Positions 50,001 to 63,138 of a DNA stretch of 64,000 bases are shown piece after piece. Each line of letters begins with the position of its first letter. Position 1 is the stretch's first letter. The DNA lies in assembly GCA_051530055.1 (NCBI GenBank), contig CM121343.1:1768389-1832388 (forward strand), in the 5' to 3' direction. The notes beneath the pieces are model-generated. The model did no database searches. It saw only the letters and a list, made by a program, of their open reading frames with translations, and was not told where the DNA came from. Origin of the DNA: Neoechinorhynchus agilis (lineage: Eukaryota; Animalia; Acanthocephala). A program made the position numbers and the translations under genes.

Positions 50001-53000
50001 AAAGAATTTATTTGATCTGAATGTTTCGGAGCCACAGTACGCCTTTATCAATGTTGTTGAAGTGTTTTTATTCGCACAACAACCTTGATAAAATCGTACA
50101 CGATTGTGACTCCGATAACAATCGGATCTAATAAACTCTTAATTTTTTACGCGATAAACAAGCATCATTATAAAAATAGAGAATGTTTTATTGATCTAAA
50201 TATTTAGCCCGTCTTATCGGACTTCGTAATTTTTAAAAGGTGGAGGTAGGTCTCGGTGGCTTTATCCCTCCGACGAGACGGCGAAATGTTGAGATCAATA
50301 AAACATTCTCTATTTTTATAATAATGCTTGTTTATGGCGTAAAAAATTAAAAGAATTTATTTGATCTGAATGTTTCGGAGCCACAGTACGCCTTTATCAA
50401 GGTTGTTGAAGTGTTTTTATTCGCACAACAACCTTGATAAAATCGTACACGATTGTGACTCCGATAACAATCGGATCTAATAAACTCTTTTAATTTTTTA
50501 CGCGATAAACAAGCATCATTATAAAAATAGAGAATGTTTTATTGATCTAAATATTTAGCCCGTCTTTTCGGACTTCGTAATTTTTAAAAGGTGGAAGTAG
50601 GTCTCGGTGGCTTTATCCTTCCGACGAGACGGCGAAATGTTGAGATCAATAAAACATTCTCTATTTTTATAATAATGCTTGTTTATGGCGTAAAAAATTA
50701 AAAGAATTTATTTGATCTGAATGTTTCGGAGCCACAGTACGCCTTTATCAATGTTGTTGAAGTGTTTTTATTCGCACAACAACCTTGATAAAATCGTACA
50801 CGATTGTGACTCCGATAACAATCGGATCTAATAAACTCTTAATTTTTTACGCGATAAACAAGCATCATTATAAAAATAGAGAATGTTTTATTGATCTAAA
50901 TATTTAGCCCGTCTTATCGGACTTCGTAATTTTTAAAAGGTGGAAGTAGGTCTCGGTGGCTTTATCCCTCCGACGAGACGGCGAAATGTTGAGATCAATA
51001 AAACATTCTCTATTTTTATAATAATGCTTGTTTATGGCGTAAAAAATTAAAAGAATTTATTTGATCTGAATGTTTCGGAGCCACAGTACGCCTTTATCAA
51101 TGTTGTTGGTGTTTTTATTCGCACAACAACCTTGATAAAATCGTACACGATTGTGACTCCGATAACAATCGGATCTAATAAACTCTTAATTTTTTACGCG
51201 ATAAACAAGCATCATTATAAAAATAGAGAATGTTGATCTAAATATTTAGCCCGTCTTATCGGACTTCGTAATTTTTAAAAGGTGGAGGTAGGTCTCGGTG
51301 GCTTTATCCCTCCGACGAGACGGCGAAATGTTGAGATCAATAAAACATTCTCTATTTTTATAATAATGCTTGTTTATGGCGTAAAAAATTAAAAGAATTT
51401 ATTTGATCTGAATGTTTCGGAGCCACAGTACGCCTTTATCAAGGTTGTTGAAGTGTTTTTATTCGCACAACAACCTTGATAAAATCGTACACGATTGTGA
51501 CTCCGATAACAATCGGATCTAATAAACTCTTAATTTTTTACGCGATAAACAAGCATCATTATAAAAATAGAGAATGTTTTATTGATCTAAATATTTAGCC
51601 CGTCTTGTCGGACTTCGTAATTTTTAAAAGGTGGAAGTAGGTCTCGGTGGCTTTATCCTTCCGACGAGACGGCGAAATGTTGAGACAATAAAACATTCTC
51701 ATTTTATAATAATGCTTGTTTATGGCGTAAAAAATTAAAAGAATTTATTTGATCTGAATGTTTCGGAGCCACAGTACGCCTTTATCAATGTTGTTGAAGT
51801 GTTTTTATTCGCAACAACCTTGATAAAATCGTACACGATTGTGACTCCGATAACAATCGGATCTAATAAACTCTTAATTTTTTACGCGATAAACAAGCAT
51901 CATTATAAAAATAGAGAATGTTTTATTGATCTAAATATTTAGCCCGTCTTATCGGACTTCGTAATTTTTAAAAGGTGGAGGTAGGTCTCGGTGGCTTTAT
52001 CCCTCCGACGAGACGGCGAAATGTTGAGATCAATTAAACATTCTCTATTTTTATAATAATGCTTGTTTATGGAGTAAAAAATTAAAAGAATTTATTTGAT
52101 CTGAATGTTTCGGAGCCACAGTACGCCTTTATCAATGTTGTTGAAGTGTTTTTATTCGCACAACAACCTTGATAAAATCGTACACGATTGTGACTCCGAT
52201 AACAATCGGATCTAATAAACTCTTAATTTTTTACGCGATAAACAAGCATCATTATAAAAATAGAGAATGTTTTATTGATCTAAATATTTAGCCCGTCTTG
52301 TCGGACTTCGTAATTTTTAAAAGGTGGAGGTAGGTCTCGGTGGCTTTACCCTTACGACGAAACGGCGAAATGTTGAGATCAATAAAACATTCTCTATTTT
52401 TATAATAATGCTTGTTTATGGCGTAAAAAATTAAAAGAATTTATTTGATCTGAATGTTTCGGAGCCACAGTACGCCTTTATCAAGGTTGTTGAAGTGTTT
52501 TTATTCGCACAACAACCTTGATAAAATCGTACACGATTGTGACTCCGATAACAATCGGATCTAATAAACTCTTAATTTTTTACGCGATAAAAAAGCATCA
52601 TTATAAAAATAGAGAATGTTTTATTGATCTAAATATTTAGCCCGTCTTGTCGGACTTCGTAATTTTTAAAAGGTGGAAGTAGGTCTCGGTGGCTTTATCC
52701 CTCCGACGAGACGGCGAAATGTTGAGATCAATAAAACATTCTCTATTTTTATAATAATGCTTGTTTATGGCGTAAAAAATTAAAAGAATTTATTTGATCT
52801 GAATGTTTCGGAGCCACAGTACGCCTTTATCAATGTTGTTGAAGTGTTTTTATTCGCACAACAACCTTGATAAAATCGTACACGATTGTGACTCCGATAA
52901 CAATCGGATCTAATAAACTCTTAATTTTTTACGCGATAAACAAGCATCATTATAAAAATAGAGAATGTTTTATTGATCTAAATATTTAGCCCGTCTTATC

Positions 53001-55993
53001 GGACTTCGTAATTTTTAAAAGGTGGAGGTAGGTCTCGGTGGCTTTATCCCTCCGACGAGACGGCGAAATGTTGAGATCAATAAAACATTCTCTATTTTAT
53101 AATAATGCTTGTTTATGGCGTAAAAAATTAAAAATTTATTTGATCTGAATGTTTCGGAGCCACAGTACGCCTTTATCAATGTTGTTGAAGTGTTTTTATT
53201 CGCACAACAACCTTGATAAAATCGTACACGATTGTGACTCCGATAACAATCGGATCTAATAAACTCTTAATTTTTTACGCGATAAACAAGCATCATTATA
53301 AAAATAGAGAATGTTTTATTGATCTAAATATTTAGCCCGTCTTGTCGGACTTCGTAATTTTTAAAAGGTGGAGGTAGGTCTCGGTCTTTATCCTCCGACG
53401 AGACGGCGAAATGTTGAGATCAATAAAACATTCTCTATTTTTAAATATGCTTGTTTATGCTAAAAATTAAAAGAATTTATTTGATCTGAATGTTTCGGAG
53501 CCACAGTACGCCTTTATCAAGGTTGTTGAAGTGTTTATTCGCACAACAACCTTGATAAAATCGTACACGATTGTGACTCCGATAACAATCGGATCTAATA
53601 AACTCTTAATTTTTTACGCGATAAACAAGCATCATTATAAAAATAGAGAATGTTTTATTGATCTAAATATTTAGCCCGTCTTGTCGGACTTCGTAATTTT
53701 TAAAAGGTGAGGTAGGTCTCGGTGGCTTTCTTACGACGAAACGGCGAAATGTCAAACATTCTCTATTTTTATAATAATGCTTGTTTATGGCGTAAAAAAT
53801 TAAAAGTTTATTTGATCTGAATGTTTCGGAGCCACAGTACGCCTTTATCAATGTTGTTGAAGTGTTTTTATTCGCACAACAACCTTGATAAAATCGTACA
53901 CGATTGTGACTCCGATAACAATCGGATCTAATAAACTCTTAATTTTTTACGCGATAAACAAGCATCATTATAAAAATAGAGAATGTTTTATTGATCTAAA
54001 TATTTAGCCCGTCTTGTCGGACTTCGTAATTTTTAAAAGGTGGAAGTAGGTCTCGGTGGCTTTATCCTTCCGACGAGACGGCGAAATGTTGAGATCAATA
54101 TTCTCTATTTTTATAATAATGCTTGTTTATGGAGTAAAAAATTAAAAGAATTTATTTGATCTGAATGTTTCGGAGCCACAGTACGCCTTTATCAATGTTG
54201 TTGAAGTGTTTTTATTCGCACAACAACCTTGATAAAATCGTACACGATTGTGACTCCGATAACAATCGGATCTAATAAACTCTTAATTTTTTACGCGATA
54301 AACAAGCATCATTATAAAAATAGAGAATGTTTTATTGATCTAAATATTTAGCCCGTCTTTTCGGACTTCGTAATTTTTAAAAGGTGGAAGTAGGTCTCGG
54401 TGGCTTTATCCTTCCGACGAGACGGCGAAATGTTGAGATCAAAAACATTCTCTATTTTTATAATAATGCTTGTTTATGGAGTAAAAAATTAAAAGAATTT
54501 ATTTGATCTGAATGTTTGGAGCCACAGTACGCCTTTATCAATGTTGTTGAAGTGTTTTTATTCGCACAACAACCTTGATAAAATCGTACACGATTGTGAC
54601 TCCGATAACAATCGGATCTAATAAACTCTTAATTTTTTACGCGATAAACAAGCATCATTATAAAAATAGAGAATGTTTTATTGATCTAAATATTTAGCCC
54701 GTCTTATCGGACTTCGTAATTTTTAAAAGGTGGAGGTAGGTCTCGGTGGCTTTATCCCTCCGACGAGACGGCGAAATGTTGAGATCAATTAAACATTCTC
54801 TATTTTTATAATAATGCTTGTTTATGGAGTAAAAAATTAAAAGAATTTATTTGATCTGAATGTTTCGGAGCCACAGTACGCCTTTATCAATGTTGTTGAA
54901 GTGTTTTTATTCGCACAACAACCTTGATAAAATCGTACACGATTGTGACTCCGATAACAATCGGATCTAATAAACTCTTAATTTTTTACGCGATAAACAA
55001 GCATCATTATAAAAATAGAGAATGTTTTATTGATCTAAATATTTAGCCCGTCTTGTCGGACTTCGTAATTTTTAAAAGGTGGAAGTAGGTCTCGGTGGCT
55101 TTATCCCTCCGACGAGACGGCGAAATGTTGAGATCAATAAAACATTCTCTATTTTTATAATAATGCTTGTTTATGGCGTAAAAAATTAAAAGAATTTATT
55201 TGATCTGAATGTTTCGGAGAAACAGTACGCCTTTATCAATGTTGTTGAAGTGTTTTTATTCGCACAACAACCTTGATAAAATCGTACACGATTGTGACTC
55301 CGATAACAATCGGATCTAATAAACTCTTTTAATTTTTTACGCGATAAACAAGCATCATTATAAAAATAGAGAATGTTTTATTGATCTAAATATTTAGCCC
55401 GTCTTGTCGGACTTCGTAATTTTTAAAAGGTGGAAGTAGGTCTCGGTGGCTTTATCCTTCCGACGAGACGGTGAAACGTTGAGATCAATAAAACATTTTC
55501 TATTTTTATAATCATGCTTGTTTATGGCGTAAAAATTAAAAGAATTTATTTGATCTGAATGTTTTCGGAGCCACAGTACGCCTTTATCAATGTTGTTGAA
55601 GTGTTTTTATTCGCACAACAACCTTGATAAAATCGTACACGATTGTGACTCCGATAACAATCGGATCTAATAAACTCTTTTAATTTTTTACGCGATAAAC
55701 AAGCATCATTATAAAAATAGAGAATGTTTTATTGATCTAAATATTTAGCCCGTCTTGTCGGACTTCGTAATTTTTAAAAGGTGGAAGTAGGTCTCGGTGG
55801 CTTTATCCTTCCGACGAGACGGTGAAACGTTGAGATCAATAAAACATTTTCTATTTTTATAATAATGCTTGTTTATGGCGTAAAAAATTAAAAGAATTTA
55901 TTTGATCTGAATGTTTCGGAGAAACAGTACGCCTTTATCAATGTTGTTGAAGTGTTTTTATTCGCACAACAACCTTGATAAAATCGTACACAA
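47020..55993. repeat. Satellite array 4, ~349-bp palindromic unit, ~25 copies
   Basis: gattgtgactccgataac recurs at ~47669, 48018, 48359, 48706 and 49056. Each unit is arm-spacer-inverted arm-spacer, and the first ~1.5 units are diverged. Confidence 0.97.
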
Positions 55994-56370
55994 CATTACC
56001 CAATAAATAAAAATTCGATGCGTTAAAACGCGTCGTGTACTCCTTTCTAGTTCTTCACTTTAATAAAGACGCTCGTAAAAGAGAACAATACCAAGTATAT
56101 AAAAATAACAAAAACTTGCTCAATTCATTTAAATGCCCTATTTTTGAATAAAGGCAAATAAAAAAATGAAGTCGGCACTTCAGAGTTTTTACATGGCACA
56201 TAGATGGTGCATGAATGGGAGATGAAACCTTTTAAGTGTTTCCGTTGTCTTGTGAGCCCGATTTGACAGAGTTCAAATTTCTCGAGTAGATTATAACGGG
56301 AACTGTTCAACGCGAGGGAAACCAACTGAAAGGATCTGCGTCGTAGACAAGGCTCTCCGTATCATTAAAT

Positions 56371-56680
56371 GTTGTTATTTAAATCGCTTGTGGACACCCA
56401 AAGGGAGGTTGGTCTTCGGCGTTGACGATCCCGGGTTTCCGAGTCAAAGCAATCATATCGTGTGTTTGTAGCAAATTCCTGTGAAATTTTAGATTTTTTT
56501 CACTTTGATCTCTCTTATCTAGACCAAATCTTACCAACATTCACGCCACCGCTCCACATCATTCAACTGACTGAATTTTTAGTAATCGATTTAATCAGCC
56601 GAATTATAAACTCGTCTCTTAACGCAACCCCTCTCGGATGTTGACAAACGATCTAAATATCAACAACAACAACAACAAAT
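56371..56680. mobile_element. ~310-bp segment bounded by inverted copies of the recurrent terminal motif
   Basis: gttgttatttaaatcgcttgtggacacccaaaggg at the left and ccctctcggatgttgacaaacgatctaaatatcaacaac at the right. Confidence 0.5.
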
Positions 56681-56794
56681 CTAACCCCGAATGCAGAATC
56701 ATAAAATATCTTAATGCGAAAGAATCATAGATGCAAGTATAGTGACGCAATGTTTACACCTCAGTTCGGACAGTTCATTGTAATTGGAATCGTA

Positions 56795-59770
56795 TGGATG
56801 TTCGTCGCTTTTTCGATCAGACCAACCCAAAGGCTCTGATTGAGCAGAGTAATGTAAGCTTTGTACCAAATGGGATGAAAATGAATGACGAAAAGCAATC
56901 AAGCATTAAGGTGAGTAGAGATGAAAGCAGTTGGGCCGTTTTTTAGCTGTTTTCTTCTATCCGAGGTTTAACTGCTTTTTGATTAACATACAGTGATCTA
57001 AAAGCCGGAAATGCTTGTAGCATTCAATTGTGGGTTCATAAATATAGTCCTCGCAGTTTGGGAGAAGTCGTAGGTCAACGTTCAAACATAGACAAATTAC
57101 TTCGATTTGTTGAAGAAGGATTACGTGGTCATCTTGGTACTCATAAAGCGGTACTGCTCAGTGGGCCACCGGGTGTTGGAAAGACAACCGCTGCTCATCT
57201 AGTGTGCAAAAGATTGAACATTGAACCTGTTGATTTTAATGCTTCGGATTTCCGATCCAAATTGATGCTTCAATCGTCAATTGGAAACGCTATTGACTGC
57301 CAAATCCCGTCTGAAAATCTTAGACGATGTGCTTTTATAATGGACGAAATAGACGGAATGAGTGGAAACGAAGATCGCGGTGGGATCCAAGAAATTATTA
57401 AACTTATCAATAGGAAAGACAACAGAAAAACCGTTTTTATCTGCATCTGCAATGATCGACAGAGCACCAAGGTCCGGTCACTTGCGAATCATTGCCTTGA
57501 TATCAGATTCCATATCGCAGAACTCTTAATCAGGTTAGTTACTCGATGTTTATCTACAAATTCTTTGGAATACTCATAGCCCATTTTTCGTTACGAAATG
57601 ATGTTCAAAAGTGACACATTGGCTCCATAGTTCTGGTTCGGAACTAGCTGCTTTCTTTTATTTTCCTTATTGTCGTTTTTTCGCGGATTTGCAACCAAAG
57701 ACTCGAACGTGGGGATGAGGTCGCTCTGAAAATTGGGAAACCTCCTCTGTTTAAGATTGAATCGTTCATGTTTTTATAAATGAACGGAAACTTAAAGTAA
57801 TTTATTGAATTCGATATTTCGAAGGCACATATCGCTTGCCAGGACACGAACTTACATCGTAAAAACTTACAACATTGATAAAAGCACGTGATTGTACCTC
57901 CGAAATATCGGATTCAATAAATCTATTAAGTTTTCGTCCCTTTATGAAAACTCCTTTGTATAGATAGATTTTTCCAAAACGTTCCCTGTTTTTGAAAAAC
58001 ATATTTAAAAACTTACAAACAAGCGAGAGTCCCCGCAGAAGCCGTGAAGCGGCGAAAATTCGGACAAAATAAAACACTCGGGAACGTTTTGGAAAAATCT
58101 ATCTATAACAATGCGAGTACGCGACAAAGATGCCTTCCATCAATTATAAAACTCCTTTGGATTCTTCAAACATTTTCAAGGTTTTAAGAAATGATGAACA
58201 TTTAGCTCGACTGTTAGGAATAAACGAGCCGAATGTTGCTGTGAAATATGCTGAAAAACTAATTCAATGAAATCTTTGGACATTCGGTATCTCAAATATT
58301 TTTGTCATTTATAACATTAGAATCTATATTCGCTTCTCAACAAATTCCCAATGTTTCCATTTTATGCCTGTCAAGTCAAAGCTTTTAAATTGTCATTGTA
58401 GATCCGTAAGTACGCTATAAAGACTATCGAAATTTTCATCAGTGAAGTTACAAGTCATCTTTCGAAGCGATCCCCGCTTATATCCACTTTTTCATTGACA
58501 ACTACCGTCACAAATAGTTTGTGATTCTTCAGATAAACGTAATGAAAATTTGTTTCTTAAAATTAATCACTGTTAGTTGATAAAGAGTATCTGTTATCGA
58601 CCGACAGTCCAGCAAGTTAAAGCGAGGGCTTTATCCATTTTATCCCGCGAAGGGGTAAAAGTTAACTCAGAATGGTTGGATAAATTGATAGTGGAATCAG
58701 GTAACGATATTCGTCAAGTGATACATACACTTGACACTTGGTATAGAAATGGATCAAGTAGAACGTTAGATGAAACGAAGACTTCCTCCAAGGATATTTC
58801 AATCAATGTGTTCGAGGCATGCAAAAGGATATTTTGTACCTATAACCCACGTATTGAAAGCAACCTTGTATTTAACGGCAGTCTACGTACTATTAGCGAT
58901 CGACTTGATTTATTCTTCAATGATTATTCACTGATGCCATTGATGATCCATGAGAATTATCCACATATAAGAAAATATAAAGGTTCAAAACGTTCAATCG
59001 CGATGTTGACTCATTTAAAATCACTTTCAAGAACTGCTCAGATGATTGCTTACGGTGATGTGGGCGCTGCGGTTTTAAGGTCTCAATCTAACTGGTCACT
59101 ATTACCAACGATAGGAATGTTGTCTACTGCCATTCCGTCTTTTTTATCATGCAATGATGAAGCTGCTCATAGGATGGTAAACTTTCCTCAATGGTTGGGT
59201 AGAAATTCCAAGTTTAATAGAATACGTCGAGCAATGATGAGTACGGTGACCCATGTTCGGCTTAAAGTGCCTCACGGTCTCACAAGTCTTCGATTGGATT
59301 TGTGCCAACCACTAATTCGTGAAGTTCTGAGAAAATGGAAGCATAGGAATGAATCCATGTCGAGATTAAGGGATTCCGGAAAATCGGTGGATAGTGGATT
59401 TGATATGATAGTGAATTATTATCTGCTTAAAGATGATATAACCGCGATCGATGAGGTGATCAGTATTTTAAGTAGCGAAAGCGTTTTTAAAGATTTTGAT
59501 TCAAAATCTAAAGCTGCTTATACACGAGCATTAAATGCTGCTCGAACGCGATTGCCTTTCTCGCTTCGAGTTACAACGGCAACTGCTTCATTGGCAACTA
59601 ACGGATTTTTGTCGGATGAAGACGGCGACGATGCGAACGAGAACGATGATGACATTACAACGGACAAAATGATTAAAGTTTCTACAAAGGCTTTGAAGAG
59701 GAAATCGACCAATTCGAGTGCTCGTGGTGGTAATCGTGGTAACGCTCGCAAGCGCCGTCGCGGTCGTTGA
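56795..59770 (+). CDS. RFC1: Replication factor C large subunit; multi-exon, short N-terminus
   Basis: Start MDVRRFF (RFC1-type N-terminus), WVHKYSP, LLSGPPGVGKTT, FNASDFRSK, IMDEIDGMSGNEDRGG, ICICND, GNDIRQVI, MPLMIHENY, WSLLPT, FPQWLGRNSK, and an acidic/basic tail. Confidence 0.92.
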
Positions 59771-60221
59771 TACTAAACTGAATTAGCCCTCTTTTTTGAG
59801 TGGTAATCCCTGGAGCGTCCTAATGAATCGACAACGGTAGAAACGTCCTTTCTTAACTCATTGCTGCATAATGATTATTTTATAAGCCCCTGGTGGTGTA
59901 CTCGTGTGCGCCACCACCGGATGCTCGTGTTGAAGCGGATGAAGCTAAGCTTGATGCCTATTAATTTTTAAGTGGCGGCATGGTTATTTGGTTGACAAAC
60001 GACATCCTAATTCATCCCTTCTGTGTCTAAATCATTTATGAATTCTATGTAACGGGTTTTTGGCACAGTGCTGCTGCTGCTTCAGTTGCATTGGTGCATG
60101 AATTTGCAGGGCGGGCGGGGGGGGGGGGTTGTGGACTACTACTGGTGTGTGATTCACGGTTTTCGAGATATATTCTGAAGAGGCCATAAATGTCTTTTGG
60201 TAATGAATATGTATGGCTTCT

Positions 60222-60280
60222 AGGCATTCACCGCGATTTCCTTAATGGAGCTTTGTGGAGCAAACTAGAATTGGATGCAC
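60222..60280 (-). ncRNA. mir-124: Divergent miR-124-like pre-miRNA
   Basis: Minus strand 60244-60223 reads UAAGGAAAUCGCGGUGAAUGCC versus canonical UAAGGCACGCGGUGAAUGCC. A candidate 5p arm GCAUCCAAUUCUAGUUUGCUCC (60278-60257) pairs at about 14 positions. Confidence 0.55.
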
Positions 60281-61762
60281 GAGTTCATTGAGCTTCCTCA
60301 AGAGACGTACAAATAACCGAAGTTTTCTCCACACATTGCACGTTTGTTGTTGGTAGTTATTGCGACGGTGCAAAAAATTAGACGTGAGGAGTGGATCATC
60401 TGCTCCCAGCGTTAATTCCGATTCAAAAACACTCACAGCAGCTGATCGTCGTGAGTTGTGACATTCATCAAAAGTGAATTAACGAATGTGAGTAGACCTC
60501 GCGCCGAGAATAAATGTATATGCTAATTGTCAATACAAGAGTTGCCGACTTATTTGCGTCGCTTGATTCTCCAACAAAATCTTTTTCTGCAACGATGAGA
60601 TACAATATCGACGATGGATCTTTTTTGCGCTTTAAGCCCATATATTAATCATTGAAATTCGTAGGGTGGCTGTATCGTGGGTATAGAAAATGGGGTTTTA
60701 CTTATTTACCATGGTTAAGATATCAAAAACAATCAAAGCGATGGATCTTTTGGTTGTGGAATGAATTTTGGACCATATAAAAGATGTTTTAAAATAATCA
60801 GTCAAGTCCATATATCTTGACTTTTTCTAACTTGCCAGTCAACGACCAAATTTTTCTCAGCAGTGCCTTTTTAGGAGAAGATCACTTAAGTTTGGGCGAT
60901 GCTTGACAATGTATATCTAGACGCGAATGATCGATAGTGACGGTAATGGGCTTACTTCCAGTGGAGCATTAAATGTGCATGCATGGGCCAAGAATGAAGG
61001 AATAAATTGCTATTCCTCTCATATCACCGGTTTTGAAAGATTTTATGCTAATTCTTTACTGAGAATACAATTTCGCCATTTGGGATTATCCATAAATGTA
61101 TTCAACAGTGTCCATTAGTTACCTACCGGAAAATCCTTTTTTTTGAAGTTGGGGCTCGTAAGAGGCGATTGACATCGTTAGCTCATTTCAACTGTCTTCT
61201 ACCAGTCGATTGTTGCTAAACTTCCCTTCGTTCCTTAATAATATTCCAAAATATCTGATGTGGAAGCTCGCTTACATTTTTCCATCAATCTCTATTTTTC
61301 AATTGGTTTCATTTCCGAACGTAGCAATGATAAAGTTTCCTACAAGATGGTTGTCTTGTCATTTGAACACTTTTTTGACCCCCAAAGCCTTAGCGCCTAT
61401 TTCTGGTTGACGAGCCATTTTGTGAATAGATACATAAAGGTCTCGAGTATTTTCGGGCTCATGCTTCATTGGATTCGCTATTGACTCGTGGCAATTGCTC
61501 TCTTTCTCTGTCGTTGAACTGTTATTTGCTTTAACATTTGATTTTTGTATAAGTATCAACATTGCTTACCTTCTTATGATTTATGCCATCCTGCATTCCG
61601 TTCATTTCCGTTGATCTTTAACTAGGCGCCACTGCTTTCCTATCGGTACGGAGTGAGGTGGTATCGCTGCCGAGACGCTCATCAACACGAATAAACATTC
61701 CTTTGCATATGAACATTGGATAAAGCACTTCGCGGCTATTCCTAAACTGGATTATTGGTCGC

Positions 61763-63138
61763 ATGGATATTTTCAAACTTATCGGTGGTTTATCAGCTTC
61801 CAGGCTACGAAATACGCGGGACGATGATACCCAAGCTGATCGACTTAGTCACCGGTACACAACCACACTCTGCTGCATATTTGCCATTATTGTATCTACG
61901 AAGCAGTACGTCGGTGATCCAATTGATTGTTGGGCACCAGCTCAGTTCAAAACAAGCTATGAGCGATATGCTGATAGCTATTGTTGGATGAAAAACACTT
62001 ATAGTGTCCCAATGCACGAAGATATTCCTAATGATGAAGACATACGAAAATCACAGGAAATCCGGTATTATCAATGGGTACCTTTCATTTTAAGTCTGCA
62101 AGCATTCTTTTTCTATTTTCCCCGCATCCTTTGGAGAACTGGAAATAGTCGATATGGAATCAATATAGTGTCACTCGTAGATGCAGCCCAAAAATACGAG
62201 AAATTCGAAAATTTCGAATTGCGAGACAAGATCATGTTGTTCATGGCAAATTCGATTGAAAGGTACATTCGAATGAAAAACGGCGCATCAACCTATGGAT
62301 TTTCGATTTGTAGATAGATGCTCTCATCGCTTCAAAATATGAGAATGTCTTATCCCATAAGGACTTTAGGCGTGCTCGGGCAACTTGTGTGATTGTTCAC
62401 TTATATTTACTTGTTAAACTTCTGTGGTTCACTAATCTACTTGTCCAAGTTGCGATTCTAAATGCTCTGTTTGGTAATCCCATTCAACCATACGGTTTTG
62501 AATTGATTATGGAATTCTTTAAGCTAAAAAACACTACAGAGTCTCGATATTTCCCAAAGGTTACCTATTGCGATTTTGTGGTTAGAGAAGTTGGATTCGC
62601 ACATCATTATACCGTACAATGTGTGCTTAAAATTAACTTGTTCAACGAAGTTATATTTACTTTCTTATGGTTTTGGATGCTAATGATACTAACAATTACA
62701 ACGTTTGATCTCTTTAACTGGTTATGCCGGTTAACCTTGCGGAGCGATCTTCGATATATACGAAGTCATCTTTCGGACAGATGCGACGACGAATCCACGA
62801 GAAGATTCTCCACTCGCTTTCTGAATAAGGACGTAATATTTTGTCTTCAGCTTTTGGAGGCCAATTCTTGCGATCTAACCGTTACTGAACTAATCAGTGA
62901 ACTGTGGAAAAAATATACAGATTCTGCTAACGACGTGCAATCCAATTACAAAATAGCTCCAATCGTATCGTCAGGCGCCTCCAAATACCAATTATCACCG
63001 GATGGTCAAGGTGCGACTGGAAATGGTATCAATAGTAATCACTCCGTTGTCCATCATGGCGACTTTCGCCCTTCTTCAAATGCTTCCATGAAAACTCAAG
63101 ACCGTCAGACCAACCAAAATGCACATTTGCCCGTTTGA
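61763..63138 (+). CDS. Innexin; the junction at ~62260-62390 needs an intron or frame change
   Basis: DDDTQADRLSHRY, KQYVGDPIDCWAP, YADSYCW, YYQWVPFIL, FFYFPRILW, FPKVTYCDF, QCVLKINLFNEVIFTFLWFW. Confidence 0.93.

Noticed and set aside
47840-55850. bantam miRNA (tgagatca) in array 4
   Set aside because: Only the seed matches, inside a satellite arm; the rest of the sequence is unlike bantam.
56371-56680. Confident DNA-transposon TIR pair
   Set aside because: The same motif with an (aac)n border also behaves like a retroposon 3' tail, and no TSD was seen. Two back-to-back insertions explain it equally well, so it is kept only at low confidence.
59886-59917. ggtggtg...caccacc hairpin downstream of RFC1
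   Set aside because: The stem is short with no recognisable ncRNA family; insufficient support.
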